A DNA stretch of 64,000 nt from Eledone cirrhosa (lineage: Eukaryota). The stretch lies in contig OZ024740.1 in the NCBI GenBank assembly GCA_964016885.1, positions 232,314,001 to 232,378,000 of the forward strand, written 5' to 3'. The notes under the pieces were generated by a model. That model made no database searches. It was not told where the DNA came from and saw only the letters and a list, made by a program, of their open reading frames with translations. A program made the translations under genes and the position numbers. Position 1 is the first letter of the stretch. Each line of letters starts with the position of its first letter. Below are positions 52,967-64,000 of this stretch, one piece after another.

Positions 52967-52970
<4 letters not shown>
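52206..52970. repeat. ~85-bp direct repeat pair enclosing a possible decayed PLE fragment
   Basis: tgtgtggttgattatg.tgattgggagaggaaatgg.gtatatatcttatcaaatgattctat at ~52207 and ~52890. Confidence 0.6.
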
Positions 52971-53022
<52 letters not shown>

Positions 53023-53024
<2 letters not shown>

Positions 53025-53199
53025 CGAAGGAAATGTGGTAAGGAACCAGGTGGACCATAACGCACCAAAGTACTCAATACTTGGGGTAGTAGAGTGGGTA
53101 ATAGGAACCAGTAAGACCCCGACGGCTGAGCTCAAGCCGTTTCGACGGCTAATTCGCCGTCGAAACGGCTTGAGCTCAGCCGTCGGGGTCTTACTGGTT

Positions 53200-53204
<5 letters not shown>
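53023..53204. mobile_element. Family B PLE fold-back
   Basis: Perfect arms 53101-53148 / 53156-53204; (TA)n flanks. Confidence 0.85.
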
Positions 53205-53282
<78 letters not shown>

Positions 53283-53469
53283 AAACTAACTAACGTGTAT
53301 ATATATATATATATACACACAAAGGAAAATCAAAACTTTTCACCACTTTTACCACAACATTATTTAGGTTAGGCACACTGCATTTAGTGTTCGCGTGATA
53401 AAAGGTGGCACATTTGTGGTTGCATAACCAAGGATTAATCTTGATCACTGTAGTTTTCTTTGTTGTGTT

Positions 53470-54390
53470 ACAGAGTAAATTCAGCCGCTCCGAACCGGTG
53501 TGAACCTAGGGAGGACAGAGATTAGTGATCTGATTTATTTGATCTGTAAGTGTATAATGCGATGAAATTCATCGCAGGCTTCAATACATGGGGACAGCTC
53601 TCTATCACTTAGAAATGTGTATGAGTGTATTGTAAAATTTTGAAATGGTCAAACAACATGAAGCACGAAAAGGGAACAGGATGTCTATCAACCTCCACTA
53701 CAATCGTAAAGATTCAACAAACTTGAGAGATTGTTCTGGCGAACCGATGAGTGCCAGTTGATGAGATGGCATGTTCTCTGTAAATTACTCACGGCTCTGC
53801 CAAATTATCCTCGCCGAGCTCCGCTTCCGCTTCCGTAAAGTCTGCGCGAGATGGGTGCCAAGAGAACTTAACGAAGCGCATAAACGCAAACATTTGTTGA
53901 TCTGTCAACGCTTACTCGATAACTTCAACGGGGATGAGACCTGATTACATCACTTTCAGACAGAATCCTATAGGCAGAGTATGGAGTGGAAACACACGGG
54001 ATCCCCATTGAAGAAAAAAATTCAAGACTCAATCTTCGGCAGAACAAGTGATGCTAAGCGTTGTTTGGAATGCAAAAGGGCCTGGATTAGAAGAAGGGGT
54101 CTACAGTCACCAGTGTAGGCTACAGTGAAATGCTGGACAACAAACTGAAACCAGGAATTCGCACTGAAGGCTCTGGAGTCAAATGAAGTGTTATTGTTGC
54201 ACGACAATGCATGTCCACATACGATGTATGCCCACAAATATTCATCTCCCATGGCATAAGCACGCTTGTGTAGCGCTGGAGGAAGTGTATCGAAAAGCAA
54301 CGTGACCGAATAACGAAGTAATTTTTGAATCACTGCTTTTATTTATAATAGATTACAGAAATCAGTGTGCCTATTATTTTTCTTAAATTT
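53470..54390 (+). mobile_element. Degenerate mariner (Tc1/mariner) transposase remnant
   Basis: FRKVCARWVPREL, GDET(stop)LHH, QSMEWKH, LLLHDNACPH motifs with stops and frameshifts; TIRs not resolved. Confidence 0.85.
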
Positions 54391-54429
54391 TGGTTTCCAC
54401 TCGAGTGTGTATATATATATATATATATA

Positions 54430-54845
54430 ATTGGTGTGGGATGCGTAAAGCATCCGTATGCTGTAGGCCTTTTGAACACTCGATGCTCTTACAGAGCAGA
54501 GCATAATTTCACATAAGAAACAGAGAATCAGTGGTGCGACGAATTAAAATTTATTAGACATATTACAATCGTTTCTCTGGCGACCGGTTCGAGGCACGAT
54601 CGATGCGATGATCGAAGCAGAGTTTCTAAATGTCCAGTTACTCCATCTGGCGAGAGAAGGCCACGGGATTAATTGGACATTTGGAAACTCTGCTTCGAAG
54701 AATCGAGACGTATCTGAGCATCTTGGGATTTCAGAGTCAGGTTCGATCATCACATCGATTGTCCCTCGAGCTGGTCGCCAGAGAAACGATTTTAATATGT
54801 CTAATAAATTTTAATTTGTTGCACCACTGATTCTCCGTTTCTTAT

Positions 54846-54849
<4 letters not shown>
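54430..54849. mobile_element. Fold-back insertion in (TA)n with a nested second IR
   Basis: Outer arms 54509-54616 / 54742-54849; inner IR 54612-54640 / 54669-54698; left tail. Confidence 0.78.
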
Positions 54850-54877
<28 letters not shown>

Positions 54878-54885
<8 letters not shown>

Positions 54886-56208
54886 TAAACGGAATAGAAA
54901 ATGCTGACAAATTGTTCACAGTTGAAAAATGGTTTAATTAGGAATAAAAGAGTATTAGTGATTGTATGGGTTAGTATTCAGTTGTGGTTTTAAGTTTTTA
55001 AGTTTTTAAGTTTTTACCGGTTGCGCATTTCTAAATGCTTTTCAAAAATAATTTTGAGATAGAGTGTCCGTGCTGTTTGCTCTGATCTGATTAGTTTTGG
55101 GAATTCTACCTGTTTTTATGTTAAAAAAGTGGCTCCAGCGTTATTTTTGTGTTACGGAAAAATTCTTGTTGTCAAAACAATTTTGATTGGTCGGTAGAGG
55201 TCATGTGAATATAAAAAGTTGATTTTGCGCCAAGACTGTTTTTATGTTTTTATGTTTTTATGTTTTTATTTTAATAAAAAAAATGCGATAGACCCAACTG
55301 TGGCATTTGCATCAACCTAATAGAGGGTTCGGAATTCTATTTCAAAGATGGACAACGTTTTATAGTAAAACACAATTTCACATGTGCATCGGAAAATCTA
55401 ATATATGTATTAACTTGTTCAGGTTGTCGAGAACAATACATAGGCCAGACCAAAACCAGCCTCCGCCAACGCATGACTGTCCATAGATCCCAAATTAAAA
55501 TACGGGAATACAGGAAAATACCACTGAGTGAACACATTGATACCTGTGCCGCCCAAAATCATCCCAACTTCAGAATCTTTCCCCTCTACAAATTTAAAGA
55601 TAATGCCACCCACACCCAGCGCATCAGCAAGGAATCTTACTTCATTAACAAATACGGACCCCGTCTAAACACTTCTCCCTAAGACGAACCCACAACATAC
55701 ACACGTCAACATACATACCTACATCAGCACACATCTCTACCCTCATATAAACACAATGACACACGTAAACACACATGCTCTATGGTGCAATACAAAGAAA
55801 TATATGTGCATATATATGTATGTATATATGTATATATATATATATGTAGTGAATATATGTATGTGTATATATATATAGTGAATATCATTTCACACCTTTT
55901 ATTGTTAAGATTTTTGATGTTCTATTAAGAGAACCGATTTTACTGAAAAAATCGAATAATGTACACCATTTTACCAGGGGGGAAAAATACTGGTCCCCCC
56001 CCCCCCCACCACACACACACATATATACACAAACACATACACACGCGTACATCAACATACAAAGAGACTTATATACACACACACACACACACGCGCACTT
56101 CTCCGTATAAGACAAAAGCTGAAAAATATCTTTTGACATGCTAAAATACCCCCCATTGCTTTCAGACACATTCTTACTGACCATCCCTGCCACCAGAAAT
56201 TACTCTGC

Positions 56209-56243
<35 letters not shown>

Positions 56244-56323
56244 ATCTTTTGACATGCTAAAATACCACCCATTGCTTTCAGACACATTCTTACTGACCAT
56301 CCCTACCACCACGCATCACTCTG

Positions 56324-56387
<64 letters not shown>

Positions 56388-56453
56388 ATCTTAATAGCCA
56401 TTTGACACACATCGCTGCTGGCCATTGTCGCAGCATCGAACACCTTACTACTA

Positions 56454-56517
<64 letters not shown>

Positions 56518-56901
56518 TTGTTGTGAAAGTGTCATTTCTCAATCTTGACGCAAAACCAATTTTTTATTCACATGACCTCTACCGACCAATCAAAATTATT
56601 TTGACCAAGAATTTTTGCTGGAGCCACTTTTTTAACATAAAAACAGGTAGAATTCCCAAAACTAATCAGATCAGAGCAAACAGCACGGACACTCTATCTC
56701 AAAATTATTTTTGAAAAGCATTTAGAAATGCGCAACCGGTAAAAACTTAAAAACTTAAAACCACAACTGAATACTAACCCATACAATCACTAATACTCTT
56801 TTATTCCTAATTAAACCATTTTTCAACTGTGAACAATTTGTCAGCATTTTCTATTCCGTTTACCAATATATAATAACTTGTGTGTTACACCTCTATTCTT
56901 T

Positions 56902-56906
<5 letters not shown>
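54878..56906 (+). mobile_element. 5'-truncated Neptune-type PLE with inverted upstream pLTR
   Basis: Inverted arms 54878-55234 / 56543-56870, tail to 56906; Cys-rich linker + GIY-YIG between. Confidence 0.88.
55278..55682 (+). pseudogene. Neptune-type Zn-finger + GIY-YIG endonuclease C-terminal frame (open, 5'-truncated)
   Basis: KCDRPNCGIC..FTCASENLIYVLTCSGCREQYIGQTKTSLRQRMTVH..LSEH..KESYFI..PRLN. Confidence 0.9.
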
Positions 56907-56941
<35 letters not shown>

Positions 56942-56945
<4 letters not shown>

Positions 56946-57229
56946 TACTTTGGGTGGGTCATGTTGCCAATAAGAAACACACGCACCAGTTGCTTTCACT
57001 TCAATTTATTATAAATTAAATTCATAAATTTAGGAATTTATAAATTTCCGGTTGGTTGGTTGGTTCCACAACCAGATGATTGTTCGTATATTGTCAAATT
57101 TCTTTCGTCACATATTCTGTGACCTCTTCAGTGACTGGGGATTCTTTTCTTTGTTTTTGTGCCTCTCCTTTGTTCTGTCCTACGCCATCTTGTTCTGTCT
57201 TACGCCATCAAACAAGATGGCGTAGAACA
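56942..57229 (-). mobile_element. Family C pLTR with tiny inverted end
   Basis: Homology; HHR 57093-57135. Confidence 0.85.
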
Positions 57230-57230
57230 T

Positions 57231-57680
57231 ATTGGTGCTGTGGTCATATACCGTGAAGAGAGCATCGTCACGATATAATCCGCCGCCCAGGCAGGGGATT
57301 TCATGTTATATCTGCTTCAGCAGGAAGAGCCCAACCAGGCCCGTCACCTGTGCTGAGTTGCTGGAGCCCATCCTGATGTCAAAGTTATTTGGCCAATCAC
57401 TCCTGGCCCAAAGGTCTCCACCGAAACGGATTAAGGTCTTTCTTGCGGAGTGGATGATGCTCCCCTCCTCTCGGGTTAGGTTTGTATTGGACATCGCTAA
57501 AAATAGGGCCTTATTGAGTACTATGGGTGAGATTGAGGAGTAGTAGCCTGCGATATCCAGTTGTATAAAGCTGGTCTTACTTTTCTTATGTATTATCTTA
57601 AACCATTCTATTACCTCTCCCGTGCATGACCATTGCTGTAATCTAGTTTTTTTCCGAAGCTTGGGCAAAATCCTTGTTTA
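57231..57680 (-). pseudogene. PLE reverse transcriptase fragment (Hydra-like lineage)
   Basis: QQWSCTGEVIEWF..FIQLDIAGYYSSI..FDIRMGSSNSAQVTGLVGLFLL..GLYRDDAL. Confidence 0.82.
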
Positions 57681-57723
57681 ATCTTTTGTTTAAATTCATA
57701 TGATTTTTAAATTCATATGTTTA

Positions 57724-58051
57724 TATTCATATGATTCCAGTTCCTCCGTGAAATAACAACCCAACCAGGAACTGGGAATATCAGAGTACTGACAAAGTTA
57801 TACACCTCGACAACATGTGTACTCGTCTCTACCACACTAATTCGGACTGCCTGAAGAGGTCACAGCCAAAGATGGCTGTTACCCGAAATATATATAGCAG
57901 TAATAAACGAAGCCAAATTTTAAACATTTGACTTATTTATTTCATTTTATTTTACATTACTCCGGAGTAACCAAACCAACCTGCGCACCTCGTCGAGTGC
58001 TCCAATCTGCAATCTGAGGTGTTGGTATACAACCAACATATACACAAAATT
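57724..58051 (+). mobile_element. Family D pLTR with intact HHR (57847-57900)
   Basis: CTGC-CTGAAGA-..ACAGCCA-aaga-TGGCTGT..-GAA-ATATATAT-A|GCAG. Confidence 0.85.
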
Positions 58052-58073
58052 TATATATATATATATATATATA

Positions 58074-58484
58074 TTAAAGAGTTAAACAAGATACAATGAG
58101 TACATCAAAGAATGAGTTTTACAGTAGATTAGAAGCACTCTACAGGAAACATTTTTCCAGAGTTATTAATATTAAAATACAAATATTAATAAAATAGATG
58201 TTCTTTTGATCAATTAAATGTTATTATACATATTTCAGAGGGACAACAGTACGTCCTCATCAGACAAAATATAGTGATACATGACATACCCTGAGATGTT
58301 AAATGGTTAAGATTTAATCAAGGTAGTACCTTGATAAACATCTTAACCATTTAACATCTCAGGGTATGTCATGTATCATTATATTTTGTCTGATGAGGAC
58401 GTACTGTTGTACCTCTGAAATATGTATAATAACATTTAATTGATCAAAAGAACATCTATTTTATTAATATTTGTATTTTAATAT
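58074..58484. mobile_element. Family P-related fold-back (arms 58169-58325 / 58327-58484, tail on left) with HHR 58382-58435
   Basis: tattttgtCTGATGA...GAAAtatgtata shared with 11618 and 20763. Confidence 0.85.
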
Positions 58485-58895
58485 ATATATATATAGGTAA
58501 GTTATTCCAGGTTGAACTTACATGCTCTCACTTATCCTCATTTCTTTATATTTTTAAATTTTCTTACTTTTTTACTGTATATTTTTTTTATCTTTTACTT
58601 TTACTTTTTACATCTGTAACATCTCTACCTATTTATGATATATATTTTATTATTGATTTTAATGTTTTGATTATACGCTATATCTCTATATATATCTTGC
58701 ATTGAGTGAATTGTTTTTATATTCTAAGGAGTTGGTCAGAGGTAAATAATGTAATGGAGATCGAGTGACGCAACTTCGAGCGATTAGCAACTTCTAGACT
58801 CACCTGATCAATGAAACAATTGTCAATATCTGAGATGAAGCCCCTTGTAGTGCAGCCAACCATGTTACTCTTAATTCTTTACATATTTATATATA

Positions 58896-59688
58896 TTGTT
58901 ATACTTTGGGAGGTCATGTTGCCAATAAGAAACACACGCCCCAGTCGCTTTCACTTCAATTTATTATAAATTAAATTGATAAATTTAGGAATTTATAAAT
59001 TTCCGGTTGGTTGGTTGGTTCCACAACCAGATGATTGTTCATATATTGTCAAAGTTCTTTCGTCACACATTATGTGACCGCTTCAGTGACTGGGGATTCT
59101 TTTCTTTGTTTTTGTGCCTCTCCTTTGTTTTGTCCTACGCCATCTTGTTTTTATGTGTGCTGTGTGCTTAGTTTGCGCATGTGTTACATCCGGGTGTCTG
59201 TGTGTGTTTATATTTGTTTATTTATTTGTTTATTTACATGTTACTGGTTGGTTGTTTGTTCTATGTGTGTGTGTGTGTTTTCATTTTGTCCTTAATTGTA
59301 AGTTGTGATGTTGTAAGTTGTGATGTTGCTGTTCCATTCATGTTTTCTATTTAATTTCGGTTGGAGTTTATTTATGTTTATTGCCATTATCTAAAAAAAA
59401 AAATTTAACAAAGACGCAATGTTTAGACAAATCACAGTAAATAACATACACCCGGATGTAACACATGCGCAAACTAAGCACACAACACACACAAAAACAA
59501 GATGGCGTGGGACATAACAAAGGAGAGGCACAAAAACAAAGAAAAAAATCCCCAGTCACTGAAGAGGTCACAGAATGTGTGACGAAAGAACTTTGACAAT
59601 ATATGAACAATCATCTGGTTGTGGAACCAACCAACCAACCGGATTTTTATAAATTCCAAAATTTATGAATTTAATTTATAATAAATTG
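58896..59688. mobile_element. Family C fold-back (minus 58896-59386, plus 59391-59688 with internal deletion)
   Basis: Homology to 29015-31535; HHR 59555-59597. Confidence 0.85.
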
Positions 59689-59699
59689 TGCATACATAT

Positions 59700-60857
59700 A
59701 TGTACATACATATATGTATACAGTCGTAGAGTAGTATGTATATATATATATACATACATGCACACACATATATACGTATGTATGGTTTCGCCGAACATTT
59801 ATTATAATGCTAGGTGTGTTTGTAAACAAACATCCCGAATTAAGCCGTACAGTGTCTAACAACCATCGTTGCTCATTTGTTCAACTCTGACAAAGGAACG
59901 CTGTACTAGTTTCAAGCTTATTAGTTATCGTCATCAACGTACACCTTCCTGCCAGATGATTGAACGTCTGAAAGTATATACTTTCCTTATGCATATTAAC
60001 GGCTGGACAGCCTAATTTGCATATGTGTTTGCAGCCTAATTTGCAAATTAGGCTGCTCAGCCGTTAATATGCATAAGGAAACTATATACTTTCAGACGTT
60101 CCATCATCTGGCAGGAAGGTATACGTTGCTGACGATAGTTAATAAGCTTGAAACTAGTACCTTTGTCAGGGTTGAACAAATGAGCAACGATGGTTGCTAG
60201 ACACTGTACGGCTTAATTCGGGATGTTTGTTTACAAACACACCGAGCATTATAGTAAATGTTCTGTGAATCCATACGTACATATATATATATATATGTGC
60301 ATGTATATATATACACATGCTACTGTACGTCTGTATACATATATGTATGTACGTATACATACTTATATTTAAGTAACAGCCGTACTAATCGTGAGAAATG
60401 AAATTTCGTTTCATTTTTTTCCGTTTATCGCTTTCGTTACCCAGGCCGATTAACTCACTCGGTATGCAAATTAGGCTTCTCACCCGTTCATATGCATAAG
60501 GAAAGTATATACTTTCAGACGTTCCATCATCTGGCAGGAAGGTATATGTTGCTGACGATAGCTAATAAGTTTCAAACTAGTACAGCGTTCCTTTGTCAGT
60601 GTTGAACAAACGAGCAACGATGGTTGCTAGACACTGTATGGCTTAATTCGGGATGTTTGTTTACAAACACACCGAGCATTATAATAAATGTTCGGTGAAT
60701 CCATACGTACATATATATATATATGTGTGCATGTATGTATATATACATACTACTGTACGTCTGTATACATATATGTATGTACGTATACATACTTATATTT
60801 AAGTAACAGCCGTACTAAGAGTTAGAAATGAAATTTCGTTTCATTTTTTCCGTTTAT
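59700..60857. mobile_element. Family E: inverted arm (59700-60043) plus two tandem direct copies (60044-60427, 60465-60857)
   Basis: Centre gcagcctaatttg|caaattaggctgc; repeated tail aagtaacagccgtactaa; three decayed HHR copies. Confidence 0.88.
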
Positions 60858-60867
60858 ATATATATAT

Positions 60868-61090
60868 AATAATAAATTTGAAGACTAAAATCCAAAGAGG
60901 GCTCGATAAGAATAAATATATATAAGATATATGAGAACCGTAGAGCAAATATTTATTAAAATAACAGATAAAGTTTAAGCAAAGAATCGCTTCTTTCACC
61001 CTTAACGGGATCTTCTGAAACTGAAAATGTTTCAGAAGATCCCGTTAAGGGTAAAAACAGCGATTCTTTGCTTAATCTGTTATTTTAATA
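60868..61090. mobile_element. Family F fold-back
   Basis: Arms around ctgaaaatg centre (~61025); HHR-like fold 60972-61022(-). Confidence 0.8.
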
Positions 61091-61257
61091 TATATATATA
61101 TATGTGTGAAAAAAAAGGAAGATATTAACCTCACTTGTAGTTCTAAACAAATTGATGTAATGTTATAATATTATAATATTGTGAGTTGGAAGATCTAATA
61201 AGTTTTTTGTTAACTTTGAAATACATATATATACTCATGTATATGTGTATATATATG

Positions 61258-61333
<76 letters not shown>

Positions 61334-61496
61334 TATGTATACATATATATATATGTATGTGTATTTAGGTGTATACGATCGTATGTATATGTATGGCGTG
61401 CGTATTCGCGTATGCTCGTGTATGTACGTATATATGTGTATATATATATATATTTATACATATGTTTGTACTGGCCTATATGTTAACTATTATTAA

Positions 61497-61608
61497 AATC
61501 CCGCCGAGGTTGACTTTGCCTTTGATCCTTACGGGGTCGATAAAATAATGTAACAGTAATGCACTGGATAATTGCTGGCCTTGTGCCTAAAGTAGAAACA
61601 ATTATTAA
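61497..61608 (+). mobile_element. 5'-truncated family G SINE
   Basis: Homology. Confidence 0.8.
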
Positions 61609-61904
61609 TTAGTTTACGATTTTAATAACCTCTGTCATATTTGTTCCACTCCGGAGCTAAGAATCATTCGGTTTCCTAATTAGAATATTAGTCTAATGAC
61701 TCCAGTTATACCATAAACGTGGTTTTGATTTTTATCCTTGCGTAAAATTGTTCTCATCGTTCCACATAATGACGTATTATCTTTGGTTTTTTTCTCCATT
61801 TATTGCCAGCGAAGAATCACGAACCCAAGTATCGTCTTCTTCTTTTCATTTGGTTGCAACGATTTTCAAAATATTTACTTCTGCGTCCACAGATTGATTA
61901 TTTT

Positions 61905-62057
61905 TTTAGTTTCAGAAGATCCCATTAAGGGTGAAAGCAACGATTCTTTGTTTAAACTTTAATCTGTTATTTTAATAAATATTTTCTCTACGGTTTTTAT
62001 ACATATTTATATATATATTATCCTTATCGAGCCCTCTTCGGATTTTAGTCTTCACAT
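61905..62057 (+). mobile_element. Family F terminal fragment with HHR-like fold (CAGAAGA core) at 61908-61958
   Basis: AGTTT-CAGAAGA-tCCC-attaa-GGGt-GAA-AGCA-loop-TGTT-T|AAACT. Confidence 0.7.
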
Positions 62058-63874
62058 TATATATATATATACATATATATATATATCGATAGACAGAGAT
62101 AGGCAGATAGAGAGAAAGAGGCGAAGAACAAAATAAGTAAATAGAAAGTCAGACGGATTGTAATGCAAAAAAAATTACTTCTGCATACACATTTGTAATA
62201 TGTACGAATGTACGAGAGTGTGCGTTTCACAGTCAATTGCCTATTCATTTTCAGACGAGTACCTTTACCGTTTTGTTCACCGAGGGATTTATAATAAGAC
62301 CCTGTTTATATAAAAAAAAAAATAGTACATAGCTGGAATGAAAATATAATAAATTGTGTGGGCAATTGCTGGTCTTGCATTTCAATGGAATAGAAACCCC
62401 ATCCACGTGCTTGTGAAATGAAATTCTAAGTCTGGCGATTAAATGTCCGTCTACATGTTTGACTTCGTGCCGTCGATAATCGACATTGATTTATTTACTC
62501 ATTTGTTGTGTATAGTCCGCTCATCTTACATATGCAAAACACGTTATTGTCAAGACTGCAGCATAACTGTAATCCTGCATTATATGTGTAGTTAATGAGT
62601 TAAAATATTTCGATAATTTTCAGTAATTGAAATGGCAGCTTTTCTAATACTATATTTTCTTCTGCTCTTTTACTTACCAAGAGTAGGCAACCGTGAAAAG
62701 TGAATATTAGCTCGATCTCAAAGCAAATAATTATGTAACACACAAAATATAAATAAATACGTAAATATAGAAACAAAAATAGTCCTAGATTTCTTCTATT
62801 TTAAATTCTTTGAACCACAGAATGATATAGAGGTAGACAACTCTGGGGACTTGTTTGTTCGCTCGTAAATGTTAAATATTACATATTCTTTGTTACGTTT
62901 ACTGTTAGGGATGTTAATATTATTGTTGTGGTTGCAGTTATTGTTGTCGTTTGTTGTTATTTTTGTCTTTACACAACATTTAAAGCAGTTTTATTTGTTG
63001 TAGTTGTTGCTATTGTTGTTGTTAATGCTTGCGGTGTGAATCAGACATCGTATTAAGAAACATCAAAAGACTACTTGCAAGTGTATATGAAATTGTAGTT
63101 TAGTTTGCAAAACATAACTATCACACTTCTCTCTCACTCCCATTTTCCCCCTCACCTATCTCTTTCCCTCTATACTCTATCTTGTTTTCTCGTTTGTATT
63201 AAATGTTGTTTATATTTATTTCTGTGTGTATCTCCCAAGTGTAATATCCACAGAGCAGCCAACAAATGCCCCGTTTTCAACATTCTACTTACATGCCAAG
63301 CCAGTTTGGCATATTTTTAATGACTGGTGCGACATGTTTAACACTACATATAGCAATAATCTCTTTCTTTGTCTCTTGACTATCTGAAAGTTTGGATCGC
63401 TTTATACCCTCACATACTACAACTGATTCAGTTGATTTGTTATTTTTGTTATTTATTTATAGCTCCATGTCAACTCTGACCAATCATATTTTTAATAAAA
63501 ACGCAATTGAATTGGTGCGTTTAGATTTACTATCATTTCGTACTCCGATTATATTATCTAATATGGCTATTTCGAAGACGACGGGGTACGATTTGAGAGT
63601 GATATAACTGTTGTTTCTAGCAGATTCATCAACATAGAGGTGCCTTCCTTGATTTGAGCTGTCTTGTTCAGTTTAGTATTTAGTTTACTTTCATGGATTT
63701 CTACATCTGAGATATAAATTAAACTTCGTTCCAGTTAACGTCAATCAATGATAGCAACAAGCAATCGATATTCACATATTGTACAAGGCGAGACATGGTT
63801 TCAATTATTGGTTAACGTCCGCTTATGTTACATCTGCCTCTAGTACACTAGAGAAAGGGAAATAACTTAAATAA

Positions 63875-63929
<55 letters not shown>

Positions 63930-64000
63930 ACACACACACACACACACATAGTGTGATTAGAAATTAATACATCATAAATATCTAAAGAAATAAAAAGATA

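Noticed and set aside
62632-62703. Signal-peptide-like micro-ORF MAAFLILYFLLLFYLPR and nearby possible acceptor sites (~62820, ~63462)
   Set aside because: Very short, T-rich composition explains the hydrophobicity, and no coherent spliced frame was found; RNA-seq would be needed

Overview
AT-rich, microsatellite-saturated animal genomic DNA. The SINE/LINE repertoire is most consistent with an octopus or other coleoid cephalopod (inference). I found no host protein-coding gene I can support, and almost all listed ORFs are translations of (TA)n/(CA)n/(CATA)n. The window is a mosaic of mobile elements: an R4/Dong-type RT+RLE LINE in (CATA)n, RTE- and CRE-type LINE remnants, two non-autonomous Helitrons, a mariner remnant, many tRNA-derived SINEs and a tRNA-Glu(TTC) pseudogene. 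The dominant and most interesting signal is about 20 Penelope-like (PLE) insertions from roughly 10 unrelated families. Nearly all sit in (TA)n, many are built as asymmetric inverted repeats, and most carry a minimal hammerhead-ribozyme (HHR) fold. Several HHRs have non-canonical cores, and several inversion junctions map onto ribozyme landmarks (predicted cleavage site, stem II, stem I edge). Coordinates were counted by eye and may be off by a few bases. Ribozyme folds are manual predictions.
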